Origin: Octopus bimaculoides
Taxonomy: Eukaryota
NCBI RefSeq assembly: GCF_001194135.2
Contig: NC_068982.1
Span: 84,951,428-84,989,212, forward strand
Reading direction: 5' to 3'
Length of the DNA stretch: 37,785 nucleotides
A program made the position numbers and the translations under genes. This document shows, piece by piece, positions 1 to 11,575 of this stretch (positions are counted from its first letter, which is position 1; every line of letters begins with the position of its first letter). Below the pieces are notes generated by a model. The model ran no database searches and was not told the DNA's origin. It worked only from the letters and a program-made list of their open reading frames with translations.

Positions 1-85
1 AAAAAATTGAAATTTAAATACAAACAATAAACGTTAATTATAAATTAGAAAATTATAGCAGCAAGATTTTTAATGGGATTTCTTA

Positions 86-119
<34 letters not shown>

Positions 120-721
120 AAACACACACATTGGCTAAACTGTGTTATAACAGAACTCCACACGTGTGTCAGGTGTCATGTGTCAGAATATCTCAAATAC
201 TCTTTCAGTCCCTGTACTTTGTCTTTTCTGGAACATCGATCTATTTATACAAGTACATGGCCTCAGATTTTGATTGATGAATGAAGTTCATCAGCTCAGC
301 ACAATACTCAGTGATCACTCTTATGTCATTTTTTTTTTACCAAGCAACTCCATTCTGTAAAGGTTCGAAGTTACAGTTCACCTTGGTACGATCTGGATTT
401 CAAAATGTAGAGATTTGCGACTAAATACGATAAGACATTTAGTTATCATTTCAAGCATGTCAAGCAATTACGTAGAGGCTCTCTTATTAGCTCTCATGGG
501 TCAGTAATAATGATTTTAATCGATTTAAATTTCCTTTCTATTTGAAAATTAGTTATGAAACACGTGTAATCATTTTATTATATTTATCTTATGATATTTA
601 CTTTGCTTTATATTATACTCATTTATTGTGCTTTTAATTGTTAATTTTTCTATATGTGATAGTGGATTTTCATCGATGAGTTCTTGAAACTTGGTTATTT
701 TCCCTAAAACTATATATTTTA

Positions 722-724
722 TAT

Positions 725-801
<77 letters not shown>

Positions 802-806
802 TATAT
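722..806. repeat. (CA)n(TA)n microsatellite, representative of many in the window
   Basis: Direct inspection. Similar tracts occur at 88-130, 5340-5405, 24740-24803, 29559-29610 and 31420-32350; most assembly gaps are bordered by (TA)n. Confidence 0.97.
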
Positions 807-1198
807 GGGTACAGGATGTCACCAACTGTAAACAACAAGAAGTATGAAAACAAGCAAGTTAAATATGCAAACAACAAGAGAAAAATATTGGAAACTGGAT
901 AAGTAATGCAAAGAATGATCCTTCATCAGTTGTCAGCTGTCTATCTACTCCTCATTTTAAACATTCAACAAGAATATGAGTTTTCGAAAATAGTTGCTCC
1001 CATAACTTCCAAAATAAATTTTGTATTTTATGGATGGTTAAAGTTGGGAACAAAAACCAGACAGTGGAGACAACATACAAGGAAACTGAACAAAAACAAA
1101 CATGGAGGGTCATTAGACCAGAACGAGGGGAAAAATAGTGAACGCTGGAAGAAATATTTTCTTTGAAAAGAGAAAAGATAGAAGAGATAGAAGACGTC
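807..1198. repeat. Repeat family A, copy beginning GGGTACAGGA directly after a (TA)n tract
   Basis: Homologous to copies at 2750-3013, 3015-3565 and 3702-4022 (shared CCTTCATCAGTTGTCAGCTGTCTATCTACTCCTCATT...CCCATAACTTCCAAAATA). Confidence 0.85.
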
Positions 1199-1206
1199 TA
1201 GTCTTT

Positions 1207-2750
1207 AGAACATCATCATCATCATTGTTGTCGTCGTCATCGTTGAACATTTGCTCCAATTTGATCTGGCAGAGTTTCGATACCTGGATGCCCTTCCTAA
1301 TGCCAATCACTCTGAGAGTGTAGTAGGTGCTTTTTATGTGCCACCAGCATGAGGGCCAGTCAGGCGGTACTGGTATCGACCACACTCAAATGGTGCTTTT
1401 TATGCGCCACCAGCACAGGAGACAGTCAGGCACACTGGCAATGATCACGCTTGAATGGTGCTTTTTACATGCCACCAGCACAAGGAGCCATTCAGGTGGC
1501 ACTGGCAACGATTACGCTCGAATGGTGTTTTAACATACCACTGGCAAGGTGCCAATCAGGCGGTACTGTCATTAGCCACAACAACGATTTCACTTGCCTC
1601 AACAGGTCTTCGCAAGTGTAGTTTATTGCCCAAAGATTGAAGTGTGCTCTTAAATGGGCTAGTTATGCTACACTGGCATAGGCCATGGTTATGGTCTCAC
1701 TTGGCTTGCTGGGTCTTCTCAAACACAGCATATCTCCAAAGGTCTCAGTTACTTGTCATAACCTCAGTGAGGCCCAATGTTCAAAGGTCATGCTTCACCA
1801 CCTCATCCCAGGTCTTCCTGGGTCTACCTCTTCCACAGATTCCTTCTACTGATCGGTTGTGACACTTTTTCACACAGCTGTCCTCATCCATTCACAACAC
1901 ATGACCATGCCAGCGCAGTTGTCTCTCTTGCACACTATATCTGATGCTCATGTCCAACTTTTCTCTTAGGGCGCTTACACTCCGTCATGTATACACACTG
2001 ACATTACACATTCAGCGGAGCATACTGGCTTCATTATTTGCAAGCTTATGCATGTCCTCAGCAGTCACAGCCCATGTTTCACTGCTATGTAGCATGGCTG
2101 TTCATACACACGCGTCATATAGTCTACCTTTTACTCTGAGCGAGAGGCCCTTTGTCACCAGCAGAGGTAGGAGCTCTCTGAACTTTGCCCAGGCTATTCT
2201 TATAATAGCAGCTACACTTTCAGAGCATCTACCCCAACAACTGACTTGGTCACCAAGGTATTGGAAGCTGTCAACTACTTGTAGTTTTTTCCCCTGGAAT
2301 GTGACAGAAGCTATTTTCTGCACATGTTCAGTGTTTATTGCTCCTGAGCATTTGCCATAGACAAAAACCATCTTTCCAGTTAGAGTTCCTTTGATATTGC
2401 TGCACTTCTTATGTATCCATAGCTTACACTGTGTACATTTTATGGAGTTTCTATTTAGACCTTTTCTACAGATCGACAGGGCCATCTACCTGAAGCGATT
2501 TGTGGTTTGTTTGCCTTCCTATTAGACCTTGCTTCCACACCTGAAACTTCTCTAGTTCTGATAGTGACTCAGCTATTAGAGCAAGGTCATCAGCACAGAG
2601 AAGCTCCCAGGGGCATCCTGTCTTGAATTCCTTTGTTATTGCCTGTAGGACAATGATGAATAAGAGGGGGCTGAGGACTGATCCTTGGTGGACCCCTAAC
2701 TACCCAGAATTCTTCACTGTACTCGTTGCCAACTCTCACCTTACTGACAG
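1207..2750 (-). mobile_element. 5'-truncated RTE-clade LINE (RT C-terminus, Cys/His finger, 3' UTR, (GAT)n tail)
   Basis: Minus-strand peptides such as ...VVDSFQYLGDQ...RIAWAKFRELLPLL...LRVKGRLYDACV and the degenerate WELLCADDLAL (YADD box). Tail reads (CAT)n on plus at about 1211-1245. Confidence 0.9.
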
Positions 2751-4022
2751 GACAAGTAATACAAAGAGTGACCCTTCATCAGTTGTCAGCTGTCTATCTA
2801 CACCTCATTTTGAGCATTCAACAACAATGAGTCTTTGAAGACAGTTGGTCCCATAACTTCCAAAATAAGGAGTAAATAGACATCCAACAACTGATGAAGG
2901 GTCATTCTTTGTGTTACTTGTCCTGTTTTCAATTTTTTTCTCTCATTGTTTGCATATTTAACTTGCTTATTTTTATACCTCTTCTTGTTTACAGTTCGTG
3001 ACGTCCCGTACCCATATATGCATATATATATTATTATTATTTAATTGAATGCCACACATCCATTTCCAAGTAAGTTTATCTTAACCTTTTTGATGCAACA
3101 CTACTCTCTACTGTTTTCTCCCCATCCTTCTCTAATTCCTTTTTTCTCCTCTTCACTATTTTCTATCTGTCCCTCTTATTCTCCCTCATTCTCATTTTCT
3201 CTCTCTCTCTATCTTTTCTCTTTTCAAAGAAAATATTTCTTCCAGTGTTCACTATTTCTCCCCTCGTTCTGGTCTAATGACCCTCCATAATTGTTTCTGT
3301 TCGGTTTCCTTGTATGTCTCCACTGTCTGGTTTTTGTTCCCAGCTTTGACCCTCCATAAAATCCCAAATTTATTTTGGAAGTTATGGGAGCAACTGTCTT
3401 CAAAGACTCATATTGTCATTGAATGCTCTAAATGAGGAGTAGATAGACAGCTGACAACTGACGAAAGATTGTTCTTTGTGTTAAATTTTTTTCTCTCGTT
3501 TGCGTATTTAAAACTCGCTTATTTACGTACTTCATGTTGTTTACAGTTGGTGACGTCCTGTACCCATATATATATATATATATATATANNNNNNNNNNNN
3601 NNNNNNNNNNNNNNNNNNNNNNNNNNNNNNNNNNNNNNNNNNNNNNNNNNNNNNNNNNNNNNNNNNNNNNNNNNNNNNNNNNNNNNNNNNNNNNNNNNNN
3701 NTTGAAGACAGTTGCTCCCATAACTTCCAAAATATATATATATATATATATGGGTACAGGACATCACCAACTGTAAACAACATGAAGTACGTAAATAAGC
3801 GAGTTTTAAATACGCAAACGAGAGAAAAAAATTTAACACAAAGAACAATCTTTCGTCAGTTGTCAGCTGTCTATCTACTCCTCATTTAGAGCATTCAATG
3901 ACAATATGAGTCTTTGAAGACAGTTGCTCCCATAACTTCCAAAATATATATATATATATATATGGGTACAGGACATCACCAACTGTAAACAACATGAAGT
4001 ACGTAAATAAGCGAGTTTTAAA
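2750..4022. repeat. Cluster of family A copies in tandem and inverted orientation
   Basis: Plus partial copy 2750-2868 abuts an inverted copy 2869-3013. Minus copies are head-to-tail with about 552 bp period (heads at 3565 and 3013). After the gap, plus copies have 212 bp period (heads at 3752 and 3964), separated by (TA)n. Confidence 0.85.
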
Positions 4023-4035
4023 TATATACACACAC

Positions 4036-4198
4036 CACAGGCTTCTTTCAGTTTCTGACTACTAAATCCACTCACAAGGTTTTGGTTGGCCTGAGGCTAT
4101 AGCAGAAAGCACTTGCCCAAGGTGCCATGCAGTGGGACACTGAACTCGGAACTATGTGGTTGGGAAGTAAGCTTCTTACCGCACAGCCATGCCTGTGC
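4036..4198 (-). mobile_element. tRNA-derived SINE, 5' half
   Basis: Reverse complement of the 27985 SINE head (GGCTGTGCGGTAAGAAGCTT...CCCACTGCATGGCACCTTGGGCAAGTG...GTGAGTGGATTT). Confidence 0.85.
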
Positions 4199-5331
4199 AT
4201 ATGAGAGATATAAATTTTTGTTTCTGATTTTATGAAGAATAAAAAAAATACACTTTTACTTCAGGAGTGGATGTATGAGCTCAATGATACATGACTTCAA
4301 AAGAGAAAATAAAGGAAATAAAAATATTTGTTAGTAATGAGTGACAATGTATACATTACATAGACCTCTAAATTCACTTGTATTGCCTGCAATTAACAAA
4401 TTTCATCAAAGAAACTTTTCGGAAATAACCTGCATAAATCAGTAGTACCTGTATCAATTCTGAAGGTATTTATCTAGTAGTTTTTAATCTGGTCATTTTA
4501 CAGAGTTATTACATTAGCACATTAATATCACTTTTGGTTAAGAAGATGTTTTATATTTATCTACAAGCTGAAGGTATATTTTCATATCTTATTTTTTTAA
4601 ACATAGAGATGTACTGAATGGTGGTTTATTATTTTGCTAATTCTAATGTAAGAAAGACACTTTAAAACAGTGAGTAATTTATAATATTTATTTACACAAT
4701 TATTATAAGTAATGTTTTATGGAGTTTTGCTCAAGAAAGATGTAATAACCAGATATATTAATTAAAAGAAAGTAGTTCTACATTGCAGTAACTACAAAGC
4801 TAAAACCTAACAACTCTAATGACAAAGGTACTACTCTTTGAGCTTGCTGCCTCAAATGATCAGTTCAGTAGTGAAGTCGTATTCATATTTGGGTCAAGTT
4901 AGTTTGTGTTCAGTTGATGTTCATTCCATCTTCAGTTCTCATTAAAAGAGTGTGCTAGTTCACAAAATTACAAGTATGTATGTTTGTATCTTTAGCTGTG
5001 GCCAGCAGCTAGACATTCACAAATGTTCATCAGTGGCTAAGTAATGAAAATTCCATGATTACTCAATGAGCATCTGATTAATAGAAATTTACTAAGTGAA
5101 TAAAAGCAGTCAACCTAAAAGCATAGTCAAGAAACTTTAGCAATTATGGACAAGCTGAGAGTATTGACACAGATGAACTGGTTCAACTGAAACATTTTTA
5201 GTTGCATGTAACTGCACTACATTCAAATTCAGCAAGATAAAGTAGCAACGTTTTCTTGTTCGTTGTCATTATCTGATATCTGTGATAATGTGTAAATTTT
5301 CATTATGGCCACCTTATGTGTGTATGTATAC

Positions 5332-5400
<69 letters not shown>

Positions 5401-5610
5401 TATATAATAAATTAATAAGGAGAATAGAGATTTATATATCCAGACTTATATNNNNNNNNNNNNNNNNNNNNNNNNNNNNNNNNNNNNNNNNNNNNNNNNN
5501 NNNNNNNNNNNNNNNNNNNNNNNNNNNNNNNNNNNNNNNNNNNNNNNNNNNNNNNNNNNNNNNNNNNNNNNNNNNNNNNNNATATATATATATATATATA
5601 TATATATATA

Positions 5611-6880
5611 CTATTATTGTTAATAATGAGCTATTGTTCTATTATTAATTTACCAATTTTATAATTAAATTAAATTTATGGATATCGTAATTTTATTCCC
5701 TTATTGCTCTTTAATATTAATTAAGTTTATTTAATCTGTTAGTTTATATTTAATCAGTTACTCTATCTGCTATTGTTAACTTGATTTCTATTATAATTTT
5801 AATATTACGTATCATTCAATTACATAAATCTATTAAATGTATGTTATAACTGACGAACACAACATAGCACTCTCATGGCTATGGTTTATTAATTTATATT
5901 TTGATGTAAGAATTTTGTAAATTTCTTCAACACACAATTCATACCATTTGCTTCTTCTACTATATAGTTTGGCTCTACTAATTATTTCTTAGGTAATTTC
6001 ATATACCTTATTATTATCTTTTATTGACTAAATTAATTTGCTTAAGCTAGTATTATTATTCTTTTTGTACTCTCTAAATGAGTTTTTGTGATTAGCAATT
6101 CTTTTTTTTATAAACGTTTGGCAAGTGCCTATATAATAATATAGTTGACCTTCTGAGATTACCTCACACCTGTATACTGTTTCCTTAATTTTGCAATTAG
6201 ATTCAAAGGGAGATAATCTATTGATTGTGTAATCACATTTTTTAAATCTCTAATTCTATTTTTTATATCTTCTTTTCCTTCTTGATTATTTATATCTTTA
6301 TATTTGTTCTGCTTATCTGTAAGGTAATTTCAAAAGGTCAAGTATATTATTGTATAGGTGCTTGTGAAACATAGAAAAAGAAGAACCATGAAAACTCTTT
6401 TAGAGACAACAAAAAGAATAATAATATTAAAATTAGAATAGAAATCAAGTTAACAATAGCAGATAGAGTAGCTGATTAAATATGAATTTAATTAAAATTA
6501 AAGAGCAATAAGGGAATAAAATTAATGATATTCATAAATTTAATTTAATTATAAAATTAGTAAATTAATAATAGAACAATTGCTCATTATTGATAATAGT
6601 AACAACAATAACATCAACATACATTAAGTAACCTGATACTAAATATACTACCATTCACCACTACAAGAAAAAACTACTAACTCATTCATGGACAGCTAGA
6701 GTTGAAAAGGTCAGAATTTAGACTATTTTTAGAACACTAACACCATGTGTATGAACTTTTTGGTTGGACTTGTATTTAGTTCAGATGGGATCTGAAACGC
6801 TATTAATAACACCCTGAAGAGGTATCAATTAACACCAAAATGCACACCAAAGAGCAAAATTTTACAGTGTGCATGGAATT
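5611..6880 (-). mobile_element. Penelope-like element remnant: GIY-YIG endonuclease fragment between inverted repeats
   Basis: Minus strand about 6240-5900 translates KETVYRCEVISEGQLYYYIGTCQTFIKKRIANHKNSFREYKK...SLSKLI*SIKDNNKVYEIT*EIISRAK...ELCVEEIYKIL, with two stops where Trp is expected. Inverted repeats lie at about 5611-5806 and 6421-6599. Confidence 0.88.
6812..6876 (+). ncRNA. Degenerate type I hammerhead ribozyme
   Basis: CUGAAGA (6814-20), stem II GGU/ACC, AAAA in place of GAAA (6837-40), perfect 8-bp stem III (6840-47 with 6867-74). Position 17 is G and stem I is weak, so it is probably inactive. Confidence 0.6.
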
Positions 6881-7198
6881 GCAGCAGAAACATATGCAGG
6901 TGAAGAAATGGAAAGACATGATTGACAGCAGACTAAAACTGGATATACAAATCTCTATTCTCCTTATTAATTTATTATTTCTTCTCTACCAACAACATGC
7001 AGAAACATAAGGATTTACTGATACATATTGACATATGAATTTACTGATGTGAAGATCTACTGTGGATAGTAAAATAAACTAACTGGAGTTTTTCTACATT
7101 CACAGAGGTTAGCCAGTATTATCAACTGGTAAAAAGCTAACATGGTAGCTGGTAGGATTGTATATCTATACCAACCTAATTTGGAAACTTACCTTTAA

Positions 7199-7233
<35 letters not shown>

Positions 7234-8148
7234 NNNNNNNNNNNNNNNNNNNNNNNNNNNNNNNNNNNNNNNNNNNNNNNNNNNNNNNNNNNNNNNNNNN
7301 NNNNNNNNNNNNNNNNNNNNNNNNNNNNNNNNNNNNNNNNNNNNNNNNNNNNNNNNNNNNNNNNNNNNNNNNNNNNNNNNNNNNNNNNNNNNNNNNNNNN
7401 NNNNNNNNNNNNNNNNNNNNNNNNNNNNNNNNNNNNNNNNNNNNNNNNNNNNNNNNNNNNNNNNNNNNNNNNNNNNNNNNNNNNNNNNNNNNNNNNNNNN
7501 NNNNNNNNNNNNNNNNNNNNNNNNNNNNNNNNNNNNNNNNNNNNNNNNNNNNNNNNNNNNNNNNNNNNNNNNNNNNNNNNNNNNNNNNNNNNNNNNNNNN
7601 NNNNNNNNNNNNNNNNNNNNNNNNNNNNNNNNNNNNNNNNNNNNNNNNNNNNNNNNNNNNNNNNNNNNNNNNNNNNNNNNNNNNNNNNNNNNNNNNNNNN
7701 NNNNNNNNNNNNNNNNNNNNNNNNNNNNNNNNNNNNNNNNNNNNNNNNNNNNNNNNNNNNACATGTGTATAAACAGGTTGAAATGACATGAAACATATTG
7801 ACACTGCATACAATATCGGTTAAGAAAACCGTTACATAGTAAAGTAAGTAAATAGTGTTGTTAAATTAGGATATTAACCTAGGATGTTAAGTAGCGAAAG
7901 AGTAAGGGACGCTGTAAATTTCAATAACGACCGTTGGACTTTTGAAAGTAAATAAAAACAAAGAAAGAAAATAAACTGCAATATATTATAATAAAAAAAT
8001 ATATATTTTTATAAGTTAATGGTCAAAGAGAGGTAAATCTAGTAAATAATATTTATGTAAAATATAATCTACTCAAATGTATATAATCGTATCAAAGAAT
8101 TATATTTCATTTTAAGTTAAGAACTGTAATGAGACTTATTTTAAGAAT

Positions 8149-9715
8149 AGGGAATATAAACTATAGATAATAAATAATAATAAGTAAAATGAATTAGGTT
8201 ACATTCAGATTGCAGCTATCAAAGTTTAAGAAAAATTATAATTACACAAATTATCGCCGCCAATAACTTGAAACTATTAAGCTCTAATTTTATAGAAGAG
8301 TCTAGTAATATAAATATAGGTAATAATCTGAATTTTCCAGGTGACACAGTTATAGGTAATCTAAGAGTCAACAAAAATAATAGTACGAATATTAATAGTA
8401 ACAATAAAATAGTAATATCTAAACTTATTCCTAATAGAATTAAATTCCTAAGTCGAAATGCAAAAACTAAAAATACTGTATACAAGTGTAATGTTTTAAC
8501 CAAAAATGGAATTAAAATTTACATTGGTTCGTCTTCGCTTGAAATCTCGAAAAGAATATCGAATCATTATTCCTCATTTAGAGATAGAAAGAAACAAAAT
8601 AGCATGGCGCTTAGTAGTTTAATTTGGCAACTTAAGGACCAAAATAAGGAGTATTCTTTAGAATGGTCAATTATAGAAAAACCATTCCCTTACGACAAGG
8701 GTAAAGATTTTTGTTCCCTCTGTAATTTAGAATTGTATTTCATACTTTTTTCTAACAAAATCACATATAGAGATTTCAGATGTCTATATATGAATAAACA
8801 TACGTTTTTATTTCTTTAATCTATTTTGGAGAGGTTAGTTAACTACATACTAGGATATTATTTTAACTTGGTTTAGCTTTAACTACATACCGGGATATTA
8901 TATTAAATTTGTTTAGCTTTAATTTCATATAACCTTTTCACATATGTACAATGGTAAGTTTAGTTCCTACTTTATTGAAGTTTGTCTTATAATTCTTTGT
9001 ATAGATGACATCAAAATTTTGGTTGACTGTTTGCTTTATCGTTTTAATCCCTTCATTTATTTAATCATTATTACTAAGTTAATATATATTTTAGATTTCG
9101 ATGGTTGCTATTTGAGTGTAACCTAATTTAGTTTTACTTTGTAATTTATTATTTATAATCTCTTATTTATCTTGATTACATATCTTTTATTTGTCTCCTA
9201 AATATTTTTTTTTTAAATCAACATAACGAATTGATAGGATTAATAACAATGACTGATTTATTTAGATTCTATAAAAATATATGTTATTTTGCCAGATTTA
9301 CTTCTCTTTGACCATGAATAAAAAAAATTTTTTCTCTTAACTTTAACTTTATTTCTATTTTAGTATATTACAGATAAAACTTTTTAAGTGAGTTGGGTGT
9401 TTTTTTCTCAAGTATCTAATGAATTATTTGATATAATGGTTTCGTTTTCATCTACCTACTTTACATCATAATAGTTACTTAATTTTTCATTTATATGTAT
9501 ATGTGAGGTAGTAACGATTACATCGTAATATTTGTTTACTTTTTAATTTATCGATTAAATCCGTTCCTTCTTTTGATATTATTTTTAATATTGTATCTGA
9601 ACCCCATTACTAAGTTAATTTATTATAATTTTTCTTAAACTTTGCTAGCTGCAATCTAAATGTAACCTAATTTATTTTACTTATTATTATTTATTATCTA
9701 TAGTTTATATTCCCT
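8149..9715 (+). mobile_element. Penelope-like element remnant with about 94-bp inverted termini
   Basis: 8149-8242 is the reverse complement of 9622-9715. About 9050-9160 is a degenerate direct repeat of about 9590-9700 (pLTR-like). It contains the GIY-YIG ORF below. Confidence 0.85.
8268..8819 (+). pseudogene. PLE GIY-YIG endonuclease reading frame (stop-free, no ATG start)
   Basis: TVYKC...IYIGSS...KRISNHYSSFR...LSSLIWQLKD...YSLEWSII...CSLCNLELYFI follows the VY-YIG, Arg, CxLC-Glu pattern of C-terminal PLE endonucleases. Confidence 0.88.
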
Positions 9716-9734
9716 GCAAATGTACTGAAAGAAA

Positions 9735-10745
9735 AGTTAGATGTAAGAGGAATCAGATGTAGTGTACAAGAGAATTGGTTTGGTTATGTGATGTGTATGA
9801 ATGAGGTCAGTTGCATAAAAAAGTGTTGATCACTTAAAGTCGATGAAACTTACAAAAGTGAGAAACCCAGGAAGACATGGGACAAAGTATCGAAGGCTGA
9901 TATCAAGATGCTGGGCCTTATGGGTGAGATGAAAAAGTACTGAGCGGATTGGCATTTTGCTGTGTTCATCACAGTAAAAATGATATCCTAAAACCACTTG
10001 GTAATGTTTGTACATCATATCACCCACCTTTCTCTGACATGTCAAGCATTCCATCTCCCATTTTCATCAATCCGTTATCAATGGTATGACCGTGCTCACC
10101 TGAGAGCATAATTGGCACATATTACATTCCCTCCTCTCCCTGACATTCACACCACCCCCACTCTGAAACTATTTCCATTCCTCATCATCTTGGCCAACAC
10201 TATTTCTACCAATAACCTCCTTTTTGCTATGCTTAATTCTAAACACCTCTCTTAAATGCTATCATTCTGAATGCCCTCTGATATCTACCATCATGATCCA
10301 CTTACTACAGTTCCTTACATACCTCTATATCACCCTCTTCACTGCTCCTACACCTTGCCCATTATCCCACTACATTGTTCTATCCTCCTCCCTGAGCCAT
10401 TCTTCTAGTTCTCATCCCTCTACACACTGGTATTTCCCCTCATTTGCACACCCACCCTTATTTATCACTCACTACATTAACCTCTACCTCCACCTGTTCA
10501 TTCCAAACTCACACTCTTATGAAAGCATCCACTCTCTCATCTTCTCCCTTGATCAACTGCCTCTATTCTCTCTTATGCTTACCTTCTTGCATCTTGAGAG
10601 TTTGCTCTAGCACTCCATCTCTACCTTCCTTTTATTTCCTTCCGTCATGTATCTCCTCTACAGCAAGATACTTGTGCCTATCCTTTCAACACACAACATA
10701 AAGCCATTATCTCCACCTTCCTCTGTATGCATGAAAATTCCATGT
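9735..10745 (+). mobile_element. RTE LINE 3' fragment with CT-rich 3' UTR
   Basis: Degenerate WFGYVMCMNEVSCIKKC...KPRKTWDKVSKADIKMLGL. The UTR resembles the reverse complement of 23290-23750. Confidence 0.7.
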
Positions 10746-10789
10746 ATACCTGGTATACATAAGGAACAAGGTCATTTACCCTACAGGCT

Positions 10790-11575
10790 TAGTGTTCTGT
10801 CTGTTTTTCTGATAATTGGAACTTAATTTTTGCTAAGTTAAACTTAAAGACCCTTTGGTTCTAGGCTTTGTTTCCATACTTGGAATTCTATTTCTAATTC
10901 TTCTACACTTTCAGCTGTAATGACACAGTCAACAGCATAAAGGAATTTCCATGGGCAACTGGTCTTAATTTCCTCCATCATGGACTGGAGAACTATGATA
11001 AATAAGAGGAGACTGATTACTAAACCCTGATGAGCTCCTACCTGCACCTAAATTCATTGCTGTACTCATTGTTAATTCTCACTTTGCCAACAACATCTCT
11101 GTACATGGCTTCAACAGCTCTCACTAGCCATTCATCCACTCCTAGCTTTTGCAGTAACCACCAAACAAGGGATCGAGGCACACTGTCAAAGGTTTTCTCC
11201 CGGTCAATGAATGCTAAGTACAGTGGTTTACTTTTTAATAAATATTTCTCCTGTAGTTGCTGAACTATAAAAAGAGCATCAGTGGTGCTTCTCCTTTGCA
11301 AAAACCAAACTGCATCTCATCTAGTTTAACTCTCATTCTGATTAACTGGGCTCATTCTAATTAACTCTTTCAGTAACTTCCATAACCTGGGCCAGTAATT
11401 TGACACCTCTTTAAGTACTTCTTTCTAAGACATCTCCTTTACCCTTGTAGCAATTGACTGTGATGTTACTACATCAATCACTGGGTATTGTGCTTTCCTG
11501 TACAACCTGATTAACTATGTGAGTGACTAGGCTATGTCCTACACTTTTAAATATTTCTCAATGACAGTGGAACTA
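10790..11575 (-). mobile_element. RTE LINE reverse-transcriptase fragment
   Basis: RSTTDALFIVQQLQEKY...LYLAFIDREKTFDSVPRSLVWW and VGAHQGLVISLLLFIIV...WKFLYAVDCVITAES. Confidence 0.92.

Noticed and set aside
290-345. Plus-strand peptide ...ILSDHSYV resembling the MAP3K4 C-terminal LLDHSFV
   Set aside because: Wrong strand for the gene, with no upstream RW motif or splice acceptor; treated as chance.
660-705. CGAUGAG...GAAAC...GUU motif
   Set aside because: The core is incomplete and there is no stem I pairing.
1326-1570. Regularly spaced repeats superficially like a CRISPR array
   Set aside because: Whole units are homologous with no unique spacers, there are no cas genes, and the context is a eukaryotic LINE 3' UTR.
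4880-4965. Minus-strand LAHSF...RW...QL similar to the kinase subdomain XI
   Set aside because: In-frame stops lie before and within it, and there is no acceptor site.
8268-8470. Asn-rich N-terminus as a novel domain fused to GIY-YIG
   Set aside because: It can be read as a decayed canonical PLE thumb/linker (NIG, FP, NxN, INSxNxK remnants) with AT-biased drift.
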